From NCBI GenBank assembly GCA_965277105.1, contig OZ255710.1, forward strand, positions 949,936-1,013,935: a DNA stretch of 64,000 nucleotides. The letters run 5' to 3'. Of this stretch, positions 54,188 to 64,000 are shown in pieces. Each line of letters opens with the position of its first letter. Position 1 is the first letter of the stretch. Below the pieces are notes generated by a model. That model searched no databases. It saw only the letters and a list, made by a program, of their open reading frames with translations, and had not been told where the DNA came from. Source of the stretch: Spirochaetota bacterium. GTDB taxonomy: Bacteria; Spirochaetota; UBA12135; COTS27; CAXSBA01. The translations under genes and the position numbers were made by a program.

Positions 54188-55714
54188 TTATTCCCATTCT
54201 ATGGTTGCTGGGGGTTTAGAGGTAATATCCAAAACCACTCGACAAATTGATTCTACTTCCCCAGTTATTCTACTAGCAATAAGGCTTAAGGATTCTTTAC
54301 TAAGAATTTCAAAATCAGCAGTCATTCCATTTTTGCTAGAAACTAACCTTAAAGCAATAGTGTAACCATAAATTCTTTTGTCGCCCACTACTCCCACAGA
54401 TTTCAAAGGAAGTAAAACGGCAAAAACTTGCCATAGCTTTTTAAAACTAGCTAATTTCGCTACTTCCTCTTGTAGAATTTTATCGGCTTTTCTAAGCAGG
54501 TACAAGCGGTAAGGGGTTACTCGGCCAATAATTCGAATAGCTAAGCCAGGCCCGGGAAAAGGCTTCCGATGAATCATACTCCGGTCAAGTCTAAGGAGTT
54601 TGCCAATTTCTCTTACTTCGTCTTTAAATAAAAAAGCTAATGGCTCTAAAAGTCTCTGCTGCTTTTTTAATCGCAAAACCCCTTTCACTTGATTATGATG
54701 GGTTTTAATCGTCTCAGAAGGCCCTAAAACAGGGTTCGATTCTATAACGTCGGGGTATAAAGTTCCTTGGGCTAAAAAGTCAAAAGATTTTAAGGTTTTA
54801 GAAAAAATTTTTAGAAAAATTCTACCAATTATTCTTCTCTTTTTTTCGGGGTCTTTTACTAGTCGCAAATTGCGTAGGAAAATTTTTTGGGCATTGATTT
54901 TTTTCAAAGGTATGGCCAGCTTTTTAAAGTTTTCTACAATTTCTTCGGCTTCGTTTTCTCTTAAAAGCCCATTATCGACAAACACACACAGCAGTTGCTG
55001 GCCAATTGCTTGATGCAGTAATAAGGCTAGAACAGTAGAATCAACTCCCCCACTCACCGCTAACAAAACTTTTTTATTCGCTACTTCTTTTTTAATAGAA
55101 GCAGTTTTATCTTCAATAAAATTAGGCAGAGACCAAGTTTTTTTTAGTTTACTAATAGAAAACAAAAAGTTGGCAATAATTTTTTGCCCTTCTAAACTAT
55201 GAGAAACTTCTGGATGGAATTGCAGCCCATAAATAGGTTTTTTTTCGTGTTTAATCGCTCCAATAAAGTTTTTGGTAGTGGCTAAAGTGATAAAGTTTTG
55301 GGGGAGGGTATTTAGCGAATCCCCATGACTCATCCAAACTTGGCTATTTTTTTTAATCCCTTTTAAAAGCAAGTTGCTTTTAATAACGTTTATTTTTTCT
55401 TTACCATATTCACTACGCTTAGCGGGGATAATCTCTCCACCAAAATAATCCACTAATAAATGTAATCCATAGCAAATCCCTAATATAGGGACTTTCATGG
55501 TTAGTATTGTAGAATCAAACTTAGGCTTGCTTTTCAAGTAGACCGAGGCCGGGCCACCAGATAAAATAATAGCACTGGGTTTTTCTTGGGCTAAGGCATC
55601 AAAAGAAATAGTAGGAGAAAAAATACTTGCATAGACTTTCTCTTGGCGAATTGCTTTAACAATCAGCTGAGTGTATTGGGAGCCAAAGTCTAAAATCGCT
55701 ACTTTATCTTTCAT
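54188..55714 (-). CDS. guaA: GMP synthase (glutamine-hydrolysing)
   Basis: GATase N-domain plus SGGVDSTV PP-loop ATP pyrophosphatase domain. Confidence 0.9.
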   Translation of the reverse strand: MKDKVAILDFGSQYTQLIVKAIRQEKVYASIFSPTISFDALAQEKPSAIILSGGPASVYLKSKPKFDSTILTMKVPILGICYGLHLLVDYFGGEIIPAKRSEYGKEKINVIKSNLLLKGIKKNSQVWMSHGDSLNTLPQNFITLATTKNFIGAIKHEKKPIYGLQFHPEVSHSLEGQKIIANFLFSISKLKKTWSLPNFIEDKTASIKKEVANKKVLLAVSGGVDSTVLALLLHQAIGQQLLCVFVDNGLLRENEAEEIVENFKKLAIPLKKINAQKIFLRNLRLVKDPEKKRRIIGRIFLKIFSKTLKSFDFLAQGTLYPDVIESNPVLGPSETIKTHHNQVKGVLRLKKQQRLLEPLAFLFKDEVREIGKLLRLDRSMIHRKPFPGPGLAIRIIGRVTPYRLYLLRKADKILQEEVAKLASFKKLWQVFAVLLPLKSVGVVGDKRIYGYTIALRLVSSKNGMTADFEILSKESLSLIASRITGEVESICRVVLDITSKPPATIEWE

Positions 55715-55826
55715 ATAAAAAAATTTAGGTATGTAAAGTAAATAAATTATATACTAAAAAACGAGTTCTTTAGTAAGATTTTTAAACAGAGAATAGTTTT
55801 GAAAATTTATAAGGGAATTTATAATT

Positions 55827-56300
55827 TTAACAATTATAAATTAATTTAAAAACCGACATTCCTTTGAAGATAAAGTCATCATCTTCTTGAAATCCATTAA
55901 CCATTAAAACCTTTTTAACGTTTTTCATTTGCGGATTGCCAATAAAAACAACTTTTTCATATTTTTTGGTTTTAACAAAATCCAAGGCTTGTACTAAAAG
56001 ACTTTTCCCTAATCCTTTGCCTCGGTAATTAGGGTTAACAAAAAACCGCCTTAAAAGGGCCGTTTTCTCGTCATCTTTTTTTATAGCGATAGTGCCAATG
56101 ATTTTATCGTTTTTTTCACAGACCCAAAAGGCTTCCCCACTACCACCATAAACCTTTTCCATGTCATTCAAATCTTCTAAGTATTTTTCCGGGGGAATGT
56201 TTTTAAACTCAAATACGAAAATGGAAAGTATCAAAGAATAAACTTGATCTCGGTCAGAACTTTTATATTCTCGGATATAATTAATTTCTTCGGCCGCCAT
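55827..56300 (-). CDS. GNAT-family N-acetyltransferase
   Basis: RRFFVNPNYRGKGLGKSLL acetyl-CoA binding motif A. Confidence 0.75.
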   Translation of the reverse strand: MAAEEINYIREYKSSDRDQVYSLILSIFVFEFKNIPPEKYLEDLNDMEKVYGGSGEAFWVCEKNDKIIGTIAIKKDDEKTALLRRFFVNPNYRGKGLGKSLLVQALDFVKTKKYEKVVFIGNPQMKNVKKVLMVNGFQEDDDFIFKGMSVFKLIYNC

Positions 56301-56311
56301 TTTTATTCTAC

Positions 56312-57247
56312 TTATTGTTTTTTTAATTCGTCAAAGCTACTGATGATTAATCGATTAATCTCTTCTTCTTTCAAAGAAAACACCTTATCATCGTTGTTGC
56401 TAAGGGCAAGAACGCTTTCCTTCTCTTCGTCATTAAAAAGAGTAAGCCTTAACTCTTGATTATCATCCAAAATCAAGGAAAACTGATAGCTCATTTTACT
56501 TAAATCGCTTTTCTCTTTATCATCTAAAAATGCTTCTGCTTCTAAGGAAACCATGGTATTGATAATATCATTAATTTTATTTAGATCATAAAGATTATTA
56601 TTAAGATCTCGCCATTCTATTTCTGTTGTTTTTTCACTATTTTCTTTACCCTCTTCAGATAATGCTTTTTGGTTTTTCGTTAAAACAATTTCTTCATCAT
56701 CCTTACTAAGGATAATCTTCACTACCTTATCTTCTTTTTCTTTAAAAATAGTAGTGTCGATAAAGCCTTTAAAGTCTCTAGTAAAGTCAAAACGATTACC
56801 CGAAACTTGATAAATACTTTCATCATCCTGCCAAATAAAATAAAAACTGCTCCTTTGATTCCCATTACTGCCTATGGTAAAAAATCCAACTTTTTCATTA
56901 TTTTTATAAAAATTAAACTGATAGCTATTTTCTTTATCAAGCCCATATTTGCTATAAACGTTAGCGCTACTGACTAACTCCCCAGTAATATCCTTTTCAA
57001 CAAATGCTAGGATAGGATTAATTAGATTTGCTTTTGCTGGATGATCTACCTTGCCGGCTAATTGCCAACTATCGTTTTCAAAAAAAAGGATAGCTTCTTC
57101 TTGATTATGGACAATTTCAATTTTATCAACTTTCTCAGTGATTTTAGGGAATAATTTTTCTTTTGAGCTAGCCTCGCTATCTGGTAGCAGTAAAACGATG
57201 AAGAGGATAATCGTTATTCCTAAGATAACAATGTTTTTTTTTTTCAT
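56312..57247 (-). CDS. DUF4340-like secreted protein (accessory to GldG-type ABC system)
   Basis: Signal peptide; typical last gene of gldA-gldF-gldG-DUF4340 arrays. Confidence 0.55.
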   Translation of the reverse strand: MKKKNIVILGITIILFIVLLLPDSEASSKEKLFPKITEKVDKIEIVHNQEEAILFFENDSWQLAGKVDHPAKANLINPILAFVEKDITGELVSSANVYSKYGLDKENSYQFNFYKNNEKVGFFTIGSNGNQRSSFYFIWQDDESIYQVSGNRFDFTRDFKGFIDTTIFKEKEDKVVKIILSKDDEEIVLTKNQKALSEEGKENSEKTTEIEWRDLNNNLYDLNKINDIINTMVSLEAEAFLDDKEKSDLSKMSYQFSLILDDNQELRLTLFNDEEKESVLALSNNDDKVFSLKEEEINRLIISSFDELKKQ

Positions 57248-57256
57248 CTAAAAAAA

Positions 57257-59560
57257 TTAACTTTTGTACAGAGTCATAATTTTATTTTTTCTGCTTTTCC
57301 TTAAAGAAAAAGCAAGAAGTCCTATAAGCGCCACCAAAACTGGGAGTCCTATCATATTAAAAAATTTAAGGAAATCGCGATTGGTTATAGTCTTTTTAAC
57401 CAAACCTGCTTTTTCATCAAATTGCTCTAGCGGATTAGAATTTTGCCCCTTGCCACGCATTACCCCCCAATCTTCTCGGTTGTTCATATAATCAATCAAA
57501 TTCAATAAATACACCGCATTTACCCCAGCTCCTCCTGCTTCGTTAAAAATGTTATTTTTAATAACTTGGCTACTCCCCACCACCATTATTTTAGCCAGTT
57601 TTCCCTGATCAACTTTTTGCAAAATATTTTCTTGTACCAAAGAGGTAGTAGTTAAACTAGAGGCTATCTGTTGGTTATTTATCTCAGCGCTAGCATTTTC
57701 TTCATCACCCTCTTCGGCTACCGGCTTTGCGGGAACCTGTTTATCTTTAAAAAAGCTTTGAAACTCCCCTTCTAAAATATAGGCTAAGGTATAATCACTA
57801 TAAGCATTTTCATCTACTGGGGGGACAATAGATTGGGGAATTAATGAAATATTATCTTTCATTAACCAAGAATCTTCTGAAGAATAATAAAGTTCGTAAC
57901 TTTTTATATTGTTATGCTTCTTAAAATTATCCTCTTGTAAAGCAAGCGAGGCATTCTGCAAAGAGATAAACTCTTTAATATTTTGGAGAACTTTAAAATC
58001 GTTATTTACTTTGCGAACAATCGGAGCGAAATACACTTTGGTTTCTTGGATACCCCCATTAGGAGTTTGTTGACGAGCGACATAAGAGCCCTTATCTAGC
58101 ACCACGCTTTTTTCAACATTAATCCCATAGTGAGTAAGTAATTCTCCTAATCGGTTAGGATTTTCTCGAAAAACTGGCGGAGCTTGGGGGTTAGGACTTT
58201 CTGAAATAAAAGCATCTTGAAAAAAAATAATCGACTTTCCCGCCATAAGGAACTGATCAACAAGGTATAAATCGTAATCGGAAAACTCTTCCGAGGTTCC
58301 AGCAATGATAAGGCTATTGTATTTTTCGCTAAGGCCTATTAAATCTATTGCATCCACACTATAAGTCCTACTTAGGGCATTATAAAAATTAGCGCCTTCT
58401 GCTTGCTGCCCCCCACCAAAAATATTTGCTCCCCCCAAAGGATTAGCCGGACTAATTAACCCAACAGCTCCCTTACTTTGGAGGTAGGCAATTTTCTCAT
58501 TCACGTCTAACAAGGATTCAATGCTACCGTTAATGGCTTCTGCTAGATTTTCACCTAAGTCAGTTAGTACGTAAGCCGTTACTTGCTGGATTCCTTCGGC
58601 AGTTAATTGCAAAGTGTTTTCAATATTAAGAAGCTCAATGACTTCGATTTTATCCCCCAACTCAATCACCAAATTAGCATAACCAACACCAGCAGGAAAA
58701 TTTCCTACATTGTTAATAGTAAAGGCATTCCAAGGATAGCTTCGTGCCTGCTCGGATTGCAGGAATTGTCGATCTTGTTGATTGATATTTTCCTTGACTT
58801 GGAAATCTACTTTATTGAAATTATCTACTTTGATTTTGTCAATGGTCGGCTTAAGTGAGTCGCTTACTTTTTCCAAATCCCTTATCCCAAAAAATTTACC
58901 AGCCACAACAAAATCTTCATTAAGATAAAGGGTAATCCCAATATTTTCCGGCAGGCCAATTAGCTTATCGTTTTTTCTCGTAAGTTTACTAATTAGTTCG
59001 GTTAACTGGTATTCCAAGGAGTTTTGGTTGCCTAGAAAAGGGATTCGCTCTAAGGCATTGCCATATTCTAGCACCAACCCTAAGTACGCCTTTACAAGTT
59101 TCACTTCGTCTTTATCGAAAGATTGCACTTGTTGAGGAGCAATGCCATACTGACTGGCGAGCTCTAGGTTTTGTCGCATTTCACTAGACTCTTCTTCTTT
59201 TTTTTCGTCTATATCATAAAACGTATAAGTGAACTGCTCACCTCCAACGTCGTTATATTCGGCTAAAATATCGCGAAGGTTAATTTCCACTTCGTTTAAA
59301 GGCGCCGGCAGATTTTCGGAAATAAACACTTTGATTCTAATGGGATCATTTAAATTTTCCACTAAATTTTTACTAGCTTCCGACAAGGTGAACGCATTCG
59401 CTCTCGTAAGGTCTAAACGCAGAGGATAACGATATAATAGAAAAAAAAAACCTATAACCAAAAGCAGGTAAATGAGTGTATTAAATCGATTAATATTTTT
59501 TTTCTTAGCTAAAAGGTTTAATGGGTTTGGTTTTAATTTTGGGTTTTGTTTTTTTTCCAT
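57257..59560 (-). CDS. gldG: GldG-like ABC transporter-associated protein (N- and C-terminal TM anchors)
   Basis: 767 aa, TM helix near each end, Gldg-family architecture, in an operon with an ABC-2 permease and ATPase. Confidence 0.7.
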   Translation of the reverse strand: MEKKQNPKLKPNPLNLLAKKKNINRFNTLIYLLLVIGFFFLLYRYPLRLDLTRANAFTLSEASKNLVENLNDPIRIKVFISENLPAPLNEVEINLRDILAEYNDVGGEQFTYTFYDIDEKKEEESSEMRQNLELASQYGIAPQQVQSFDKDEVKLVKAYLGLVLEYGNALERIPFLGNQNSLEYQLTELISKLTRKNDKLIGLPENIGITLYLNEDFVVAGKFFGIRDLEKVSDSLKPTIDKIKVDNFNKVDFQVKENINQQDRQFLQSEQARSYPWNAFTINNVGNFPAGVGYANLVIELGDKIEVIELLNIENTLQLTAEGIQQVTAYVLTDLGENLAEAINGSIESLLDVNEKIAYLQSKGAVGLISPANPLGGANIFGGGQQAEGANFYNALSRTYSVDAIDLIGLSEKYNSLIIAGTSEEFSDYDLYLVDQFLMAGKSIIFFQDAFISESPNPQAPPVFRENPNRLGELLTHYGINVEKSVVLDKGSYVARQQTPNGGIQETKVYFAPIVRKVNNDFKVLQNIKEFISLQNASLALQEDNFKKHNNIKSYELYYSSEDSWLMKDNISLIPQSIVPPVDENAYSDYTLAYILEGEFQSFFKDKQVPAKPVAEEGDEENASAEINNQQIASSLTTTSLVQENILQKVDQGKLAKIMVVGSSQVIKNNIFNEAGGAGVNAVYLLNLIDYMNNREDWGVMRGKGQNSNPLEQFDEKAGLVKKTITNRDFLKFFNMIGLPVLVALIGLLAFSLRKSRKNKIMTLYKS

Positions 59561-59570
59561 TTTTTATTCC

Positions 59571-60293
59571 TTAATTTTCTTTATTTAATTGTCTCCTAAG
59601 ATTTTCATAAGTTAGACGAAGAAAAACCAAAATAAGCAAAAGAAAAAAACCAATGTCCCTTAAGTCTAAAACCCCTTTGGCAATATTTTGGAAATGCTTA
59701 TCCGAAGAGAAAAAGGCAACTAACTTAAACAAGCCTTGGGGAAGGAAGTTAAAAAATTTATCGATTAAGAAAAAAATTAGGCATAAAAACAAAGCAATGA
59801 GAAAAGCGACAATTTGATTTTTAGTTAAAGAAGAACAAAAAAGCCCTATACTGGCATAAGCACTAGCTAAAAAAAAACCACCAATAAAACCACTAATCAC
59901 CGGACCCCAATCAAGGTTGCCAACTAATTCAACAGAAAACGCATAGGGGAAAATAAAAAAAAGCATAGAAAGAATAAACCAACTAACCCCCAGAAATTTC
60001 CCTAAAACAATTTCTTCTAACTTGAGCGGCAAAGTAATAAGTATTTCATAAGAGCCCGTGCTTTTTTCTTCCGCAAAAACTTTCATAGTGATAGCGGGTA
60101 TGATAAAAGTTAAAATCCAAGGAAGCATATTAAAGTAGGTGCGAAGTTCTGCTTGATTTTGTAGAAAAAAAGTAGTCCAGAAAAAAACCCCACTAACAAT
60201 AAGAAAAAAAATTAGTACAATGTAAGCAATTGGCGAGTAGAAATACTGTTGGATTTCTTTTCTTGCTATTTCTCTAATAATAGGCCATCTCAT
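59571..60293 (-). CDS. gldF: ABC-2 family permease (GldF-like)
   Basis: 6 predicted TM helices; stop/start overlap with ATPase gene. Confidence 0.7.
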   Translation of the reverse strand: MRWPIIREIARKEIQQYFYSPIAYIVLIFFLIVSGVFFWTTFFLQNQAELRTYFNMLPWILTFIIPAITMKVFAEEKSTGSYEILITLPLKLEEIVLGKFLGVSWFILSMLFFIFPYAFSVELVGNLDWGPVISGFIGGFFLASAYASIGLFCSSLTKNQIVAFLIALFLCLIFFLIDKFFNFLPQGLFKLVAFFSSDKHFQNIAKGVLDLRDIGFFLLLILVFLRLTYENLRRQLNKEN

Positions 60294-61312
60294 TTTGGTT
60301 CGTCTTCTTTTTTGTTGGCTTCGTTGTCGCTACTTTCATTACGAGAATTTATTTCATCATTGTTATCCTGTTCTTTATCTTGGGTTAAAACCCTAAAGAC
60401 ATCTTCCAAACTTTCTTCTTTTTGGTTGAAATTAATAATCTGTAAATCAGTATTTTTTAATAAGGCAAATATTTCATTACGAAGGTCTTTATCCCCAGCA
60501 TAACGAATAGTAACTAAAATATTTTCTTGCTTTTTTTCTTCATCAATTTTTTCAATCGCAAAATTACTTTTTAAATTTTCGCTAAAAGCATCTAACTGCT
60601 CCCTTATTTCATTACTAAATTGAATAACAATCGTTTTCCTATTTCCAAGCTGACTCTTTAGTCCTTCTAACGGGTTATCTGCTACTATTTTACCTCGATT
60701 GATAATAATGATCCTATCACAAGTAGCTTCTACTTCACTTAAAATATGCGAGGACAAAATCACCGTTTTGGTTTCTCCAATTTTTTTTATAAGCTTACGA
60801 ATTTCAATAATCTGATTAGGATCTAAACCAGAAGTTGGCTCATCTAAAATAAGGATTTGCGGGTCTCCCATAAGCGCGTGGGCTAAGCCGACTCGCTGCT
60901 TGTACCCCTTTGACAAAGCATTAATATTTTTATAGGCAACATCGTTAAGGCTACATAAATCAATAAGTTCTTTAATCCTTGATTTCTGCTCAGTTAAAGG
61001 AAGTTCGCGAATACGGGCAATAAAAACTAAGTAATCATAAACCATCATATCTCCATACAATGGAGCCGACTCGGGAAGATACCCAATTTTTTTCTTCGCT
61101 AATAAAGGATCTTCATCTATGTACGTGTCGGCTACTTTAACCCTACCAGAAGTAGGAGATAAGTAACCACAGATAGTTCTAATGGTCGTACTTTTCCCTG
61201 CTCCATTAGGCCCTAAAAGGCCGATTACTTCTCCTCTATTAATAGTTAAGGAAATGTTATCAACTGCTTTAAAGTCTTGATAGTACTTTACTAAATTTTC
61301 TATAACAATCAT
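60290..61312 (-). CDS. gldA: ABC transporter ATP-binding protein (GldA-like) with acidic C-terminal tail
   Basis: Walker A GPNGAGKST, signature LSKGYKQR, Walker B ILILDEPTSGLD. Confidence 0.85.
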   Translation of the reverse strand: MIVIENLVKYYQDFKAVDNISLTINRGEVIGLLGPNGAGKSTTIRTICGYLSPTSGRVKVADTYIDEDPLLAKKKIGYLPESAPLYGDMMVYDYLVFIARIRELPLTEQKSRIKELIDLCSLNDVAYKNINALSKGYKQRVGLAHALMGDPQILILDEPTSGLDPNQIIEIRKLIKKIGETKTVILSSHILSEVEATCDRIIIINRGKIVADNPLEGLKSQLGNRKTIVIQFSNEIREQLDAFSENLKSNFAIEKIDEEKKQENILVTIRYAGDKDLRNEIFALLKNTDLQIINFNQKEESLEDVFRVLTQDKEQDNNDEINSRNESSDNEANKKEDEPK

Positions 61313-61471
61313 ATTTTTTTAATATTTTGAATAATTATAATATATCTTTATATATATTTTATAAGGAAAACAGATTTTTTAAATTTAAATTTTTTGAATT
61401 TTTTCACTATTTTACATTATAATGTTTTTCAGCGTAAAAGAATGCATTAACTAAAAATGGATTAATTAAAA

Positions 61472-61696
61472 TTGGATTTCAACACACTTATACTTAACCT
61501 AACTAATCTTTTCTCTTTCACGCTTACCCTTTCTCTTACTTTATCCTTAGGAGTTCTACTCGCTCATTTACAAAAACAAAAAAAAACACTCCCCTATTCT
61601 TTCAAAAAAAAATTATTTTTCTTTCTAAAAAATTTTGCACTTATCTTTTCAGGTTTAATGATTATTATTACCGTACTATTACTTACCGTTAGATAA
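61472..61696 (+). CDS. Possible small two-TM membrane protein (74 aa)
   Basis: Two hydrophobic stretches; follows a TATAAT-containing AT-rich region; could equally be non-coding. Confidence 0.3.
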   Translation: MDFNTLILNLTNLFSFTLTLSLTLSLGVLLAHLQKQKKTLPYSFKKKLFFFLKNFALIFSGLMIIITVLLLTVR

Positions 61697-61713
61697 TATT
61701 AAACAAGCCACTT

Positions 61714-62232
61714 ATGACCAGTAATCACAACTACCCTATTAAAGATTTTAATGAATACTATATGCATGTCGCAATAGCCGTGAGGATGCGAGCCAACTGC
61801 AAGGGAAGAAAAGTGGGGGCAGTTTTAGTAAAAGAAAACCGAATAATTTCTACCGGATACAATGGCACCCCAGAAGGATATAAAAACTGCCTAGATGGAG
61901 GTTGTGCTAGATGCAATAAGCGAGATAAACTAAAAGGGCAATACGACATTTGCATCTGCGTTCATGCTGAGCAGAATGCTTTAATTACCGCAGCCCGTTT
62001 CGGATTAGCTACTGCTGGGGCTACCATCTATTCGACCATTCGCCCTTGTTTTAACTGCACCAAAGAATTACTCCAAGCAGGGATAAAAAAAGTTTATTAC
62101 CTTTATGAACTAGGAGCTCCCCATCCTGATCCAGACATCCATAATATGTATGAAGAAATCCAAGATAAATTTGATATCATTAAAAAAATGGAGGTACATG
62201 ACCCCTATAAGAAATGGGCAATGGGAAAATAA
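61714..62232 (+). CDS. dCMP deaminase (ComEB-like zinc deaminase)
   Basis: HAEQNAL and PCFNCTKEL zinc-binding motifs. Confidence 0.85.
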   Translation: MTSNHNYPIKDFNEYYMHVAIAVRMRANCKGRKVGAVLVKENRIISTGYNGTPEGYKNCLDGGCARCNKRDKLKGQYDICICVHAEQNALITAARFGLATAGATIYSTIRPCFNCTKELLQAGIKKVYYLYELGAPHPDPDIHNMYEEIQDKFDIIKKMEVHDPYKKWAMGK

Positions 62233-62244
62233 TTTTTTTAAAAC

Positions 62245-62691
62245 ATGGCTAGTAAATACGAAGTGCCAAATTTTTTAAAAGATAAAATCCTGCAAGAGAT
62301 TTATACTAAATGGCTTACTAGTAAAGCAAAAGCTCAACACACAAGAGATAAAAAACGTTGGGGGATAAAACATTCTTATAGTGATTATAAAAAAGCTATA
62401 CATAAAGCAATTATAGAATCCCGAGGCCAAGATTTTTATACTAAAGAAAAACTTCACTGGCATTTGCTAGGAAAGTATAATAACAAAGCAGCAAAGCAAA
62501 ATGGCTTAAACTACAAAAAACAATTTGCTTTATTACCAACATTAGACCACTACGACCCTCAGTTAAAAAATACTAATTTTGTTATTTGCTCTTGGCGAAC
62601 TAATGATGCCAAAAACGATTTAAGCCACCAAGAGTTTGTTAAGCTATGTCAATTGGTGGTTGCCAAGAGTAAAAAAAAGCCTAGCAGGTAA
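62245..62691 (+). CDS. Hypothetical basic protein (148 aa) with a degenerate HNH-like segment
   Basis: LDHYDP ... N ... WRTNDAKND resembles a His-Me finger core but lacks the zinc Cys pairs; tentative. Confidence 0.45.
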   Translation: MASKYEVPNFLKDKILQEIYTKWLTSKAKAQHTRDKKRWGIKHSYSDYKKAIHKAIIESRGQDFYTKEKLHWHLLGKYNNKAAKQNGLNYKKQFALLPTLDHYDPQLKNTNFVICSWRTNDAKNDLSHQEFVKLCQLVVAKSKKKPSR

Positions 62692-62793
62692 TAAAAACTT
62701 TCTCTAAATCAAAAAAAATATATGAAATAAACTATGGGTCTAATTTATGTTATGCTTATAAGGTAAAAATTAAAAAAATTATTTAAAACAACT

Positions 62794-63609
62794 ATGTTTA
62801 AAAACATCCCCACTTTTGTCGTTAACCTGAAAAGAAGCACCGAAAGAAGAAAGTATATCGAAAATCACCTTAAAAGCAAAAATATCCAATATGAACTCAT
62901 CGAAGCCGTTGATGGTAAAACCCTCACTCAAGAGCAAATAAAAGCAGTGACTGGTAAAAAAGGATTTATTGAACTTCAGCAACTTAACCAGGAATTTTGC
63001 TCTAATAATAATAAAGAGCTAATAACTATGACTAAAAGCACCATAGGTTGCGCTTTAAGCCACATTAAAATTTTCAAACGAATCGTCAATGAAGCAATTC
63101 CCTACGCTTTAATCCTAGAAGACGATGCTATGATTGAAGATGGAATTGATAATGACTTCCTAGATTCTCTGCCTATGAATTGGGACGTTTTGCTTTTGGG
63201 GTATCGGTTAAATCATGATGTCCCTCCTGATCCTGTTCCTTGTAGTTTTTGGGGAAGGTATAAAAAAAATAATTTTGTTATGGCTAAGCCAGTAAGAAAA
63301 AGGATGGTCTACTGCACTCATGGGTACATTGTTAGCCAGCAAGGGGCCAAGAGGCTACTAAAGCTAACTCACCCACTAGAAAAACCCATAGATCATTTAA
63401 CCGGGGATAGAAGTTTAGTAAACCTCTTCATTTTTAAAAAACCAATTATTAGCTTGTCTTACACCCATGCTACTACTTCTACTATTTACCCCGAAAATTT
63501 TGGTGCTTTTGATAAAAGAGACACTAAAAAAACTAATTTTATAATTAAATTTATAAAAACCCTAAAAAAAATTAATTTTAAAATAATTTTTAGACAACTT
63601 TTACCTTAG
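62794..63609 (+). CDS. Glycosyltransferase family 25 (LOS/LPS beta-glycosyltransferase, Lic2B/LgtB-like)
   Basis: N-terminal FVVNLKRSTERRKYIENHL and GCALSH motifs typical of GT25. Confidence 0.8.
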   Translation: MFKNIPTFVVNLKRSTERRKYIENHLKSKNIQYELIEAVDGKTLTQEQIKAVTGKKGFIELQQLNQEFCSNNNKELITMTKSTIGCALSHIKIFKRIVNEAIPYALILEDDAMIEDGIDNDFLDSLPMNWDVLLLGYRLNHDVPPDPVPCSFWGRYKKNNFVMAKPVRKRMVYCTHGYIVSQQGAKRLLKLTHPLEKPIDHLTGDRSLVNLFIFKKPIISLSYTHATTSTIYPENFGAFDKRDTKKTNFIIKFIKTLKKINFKIIFRQLLP

Positions 63610-63743
63610 GATTCTAAAATAAGACAAAAAAACAATAACGGAAGAAATACAATATTAAGCATTAAAATTAATAAACATTATATACTTGTTTAAATAAAAT
63701 CGCCTGCTAATTCACCACTTAAACGGGAAATAAAGAAAACCTA

Positions 63744-64000
63744 TGTTTAAAAATATCCCCACTTTTGTCGTTAACCTGAAAAGAAGCACCGAAAGAAGAA
63801 AATATATCGAAAATCACCTTAAAGATAAAAATATCCAATATGAACTAATAGAGGCAGTAGATAGAGAAAATCTAACAGAAGAACAAATAAGAAAAGTAGC
63901 TGATAAAGAGTGGGTTATCAAACTAAGCAGCCAACTTCCGCAAGTATTGAAAGGCATAATAGGCTGTGCCTTAAGTCATAAAAAGATTTTTAAACGAATT
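63744..64000 (+). CDS. Second GT25 glycosyltransferase paralog (5-prime part; continues beyond window)
   Basis: MFKNIPTFVVNLKRSTERRKYIENHLKDKNIQYELIEAVD ...; first ~105 nt nearly identical to 62794-62905. Confidence 0.75.

Noticed and set aside
55811-55838. 11-bp AT-only inverted repeat at the GNAT gene stop
   Set aside because: The stem is all A/T and overlaps the stop codon. It is plausibly a weak terminator but is not distinctive.

Overview
This window is a compact, AT-rich (about 30% GC) stretch of a Gram-negative chromosome. It carries about 60 tightly packed genes, with short intergenic gaps, frequent stop/start overlaps, and convergent genes whose stops lie 1 to 18 nt apart. Most starts lack a Shine-Dalgarno sequence. 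There are no rRNA or tRNA genes, no CRISPR arrays and no transposases.

The content is mostly housekeeping:
- ftsH, gyrB with rsmD, aspS, pheST, argG, trpEGD, purQ with a PurS-fused purL, tkt, guaA, pckA, hemH and hemB, and ruvABC-region genes.
- A six-gene TonB2-type (TtpBCD-like) energy-transduction cluster.
- A gldA-gldF-gldG-DUF4340 ABC transporter operon.
- Cell-envelope and LOS genes (kdsD, two tandem GT25 glycosyltransferases).
- Several lineage-specific secreted or lipoprotein repeat proteins.

The most unusual element is a GC-rich (about 45%), apparently horizontally acquired gene inserted between argG and trpD. As far as I can recall the M.EcoRI sequence, it encodes a close homologue of that N6-adenine methyltransferase (NPPF motif), with no partner restriction enzyme gene. 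It is split by a single-base deletion in a short T tract, so it is an orphan, frameshifted pseudogene or a possible on/off switch.

Other points worth a second look:
- A metallo-beta-lactamase-fold hydrolase fused to two C-terminal cyclic-nucleotide-binding domains.
- Two tandem GT25 genes whose first ~105 nt are nearly identical before diverging sharply.
- Paralogous repeat lipoproteins at the window start.
- An LVIVD-like beta-propeller secreted protein.
- A SAM methyltransferase whose glycine-rich motif I lies upstream of any canonical start codon.
- A 13-bp long-range inverted repeat in the 450-bp ftsH leader.
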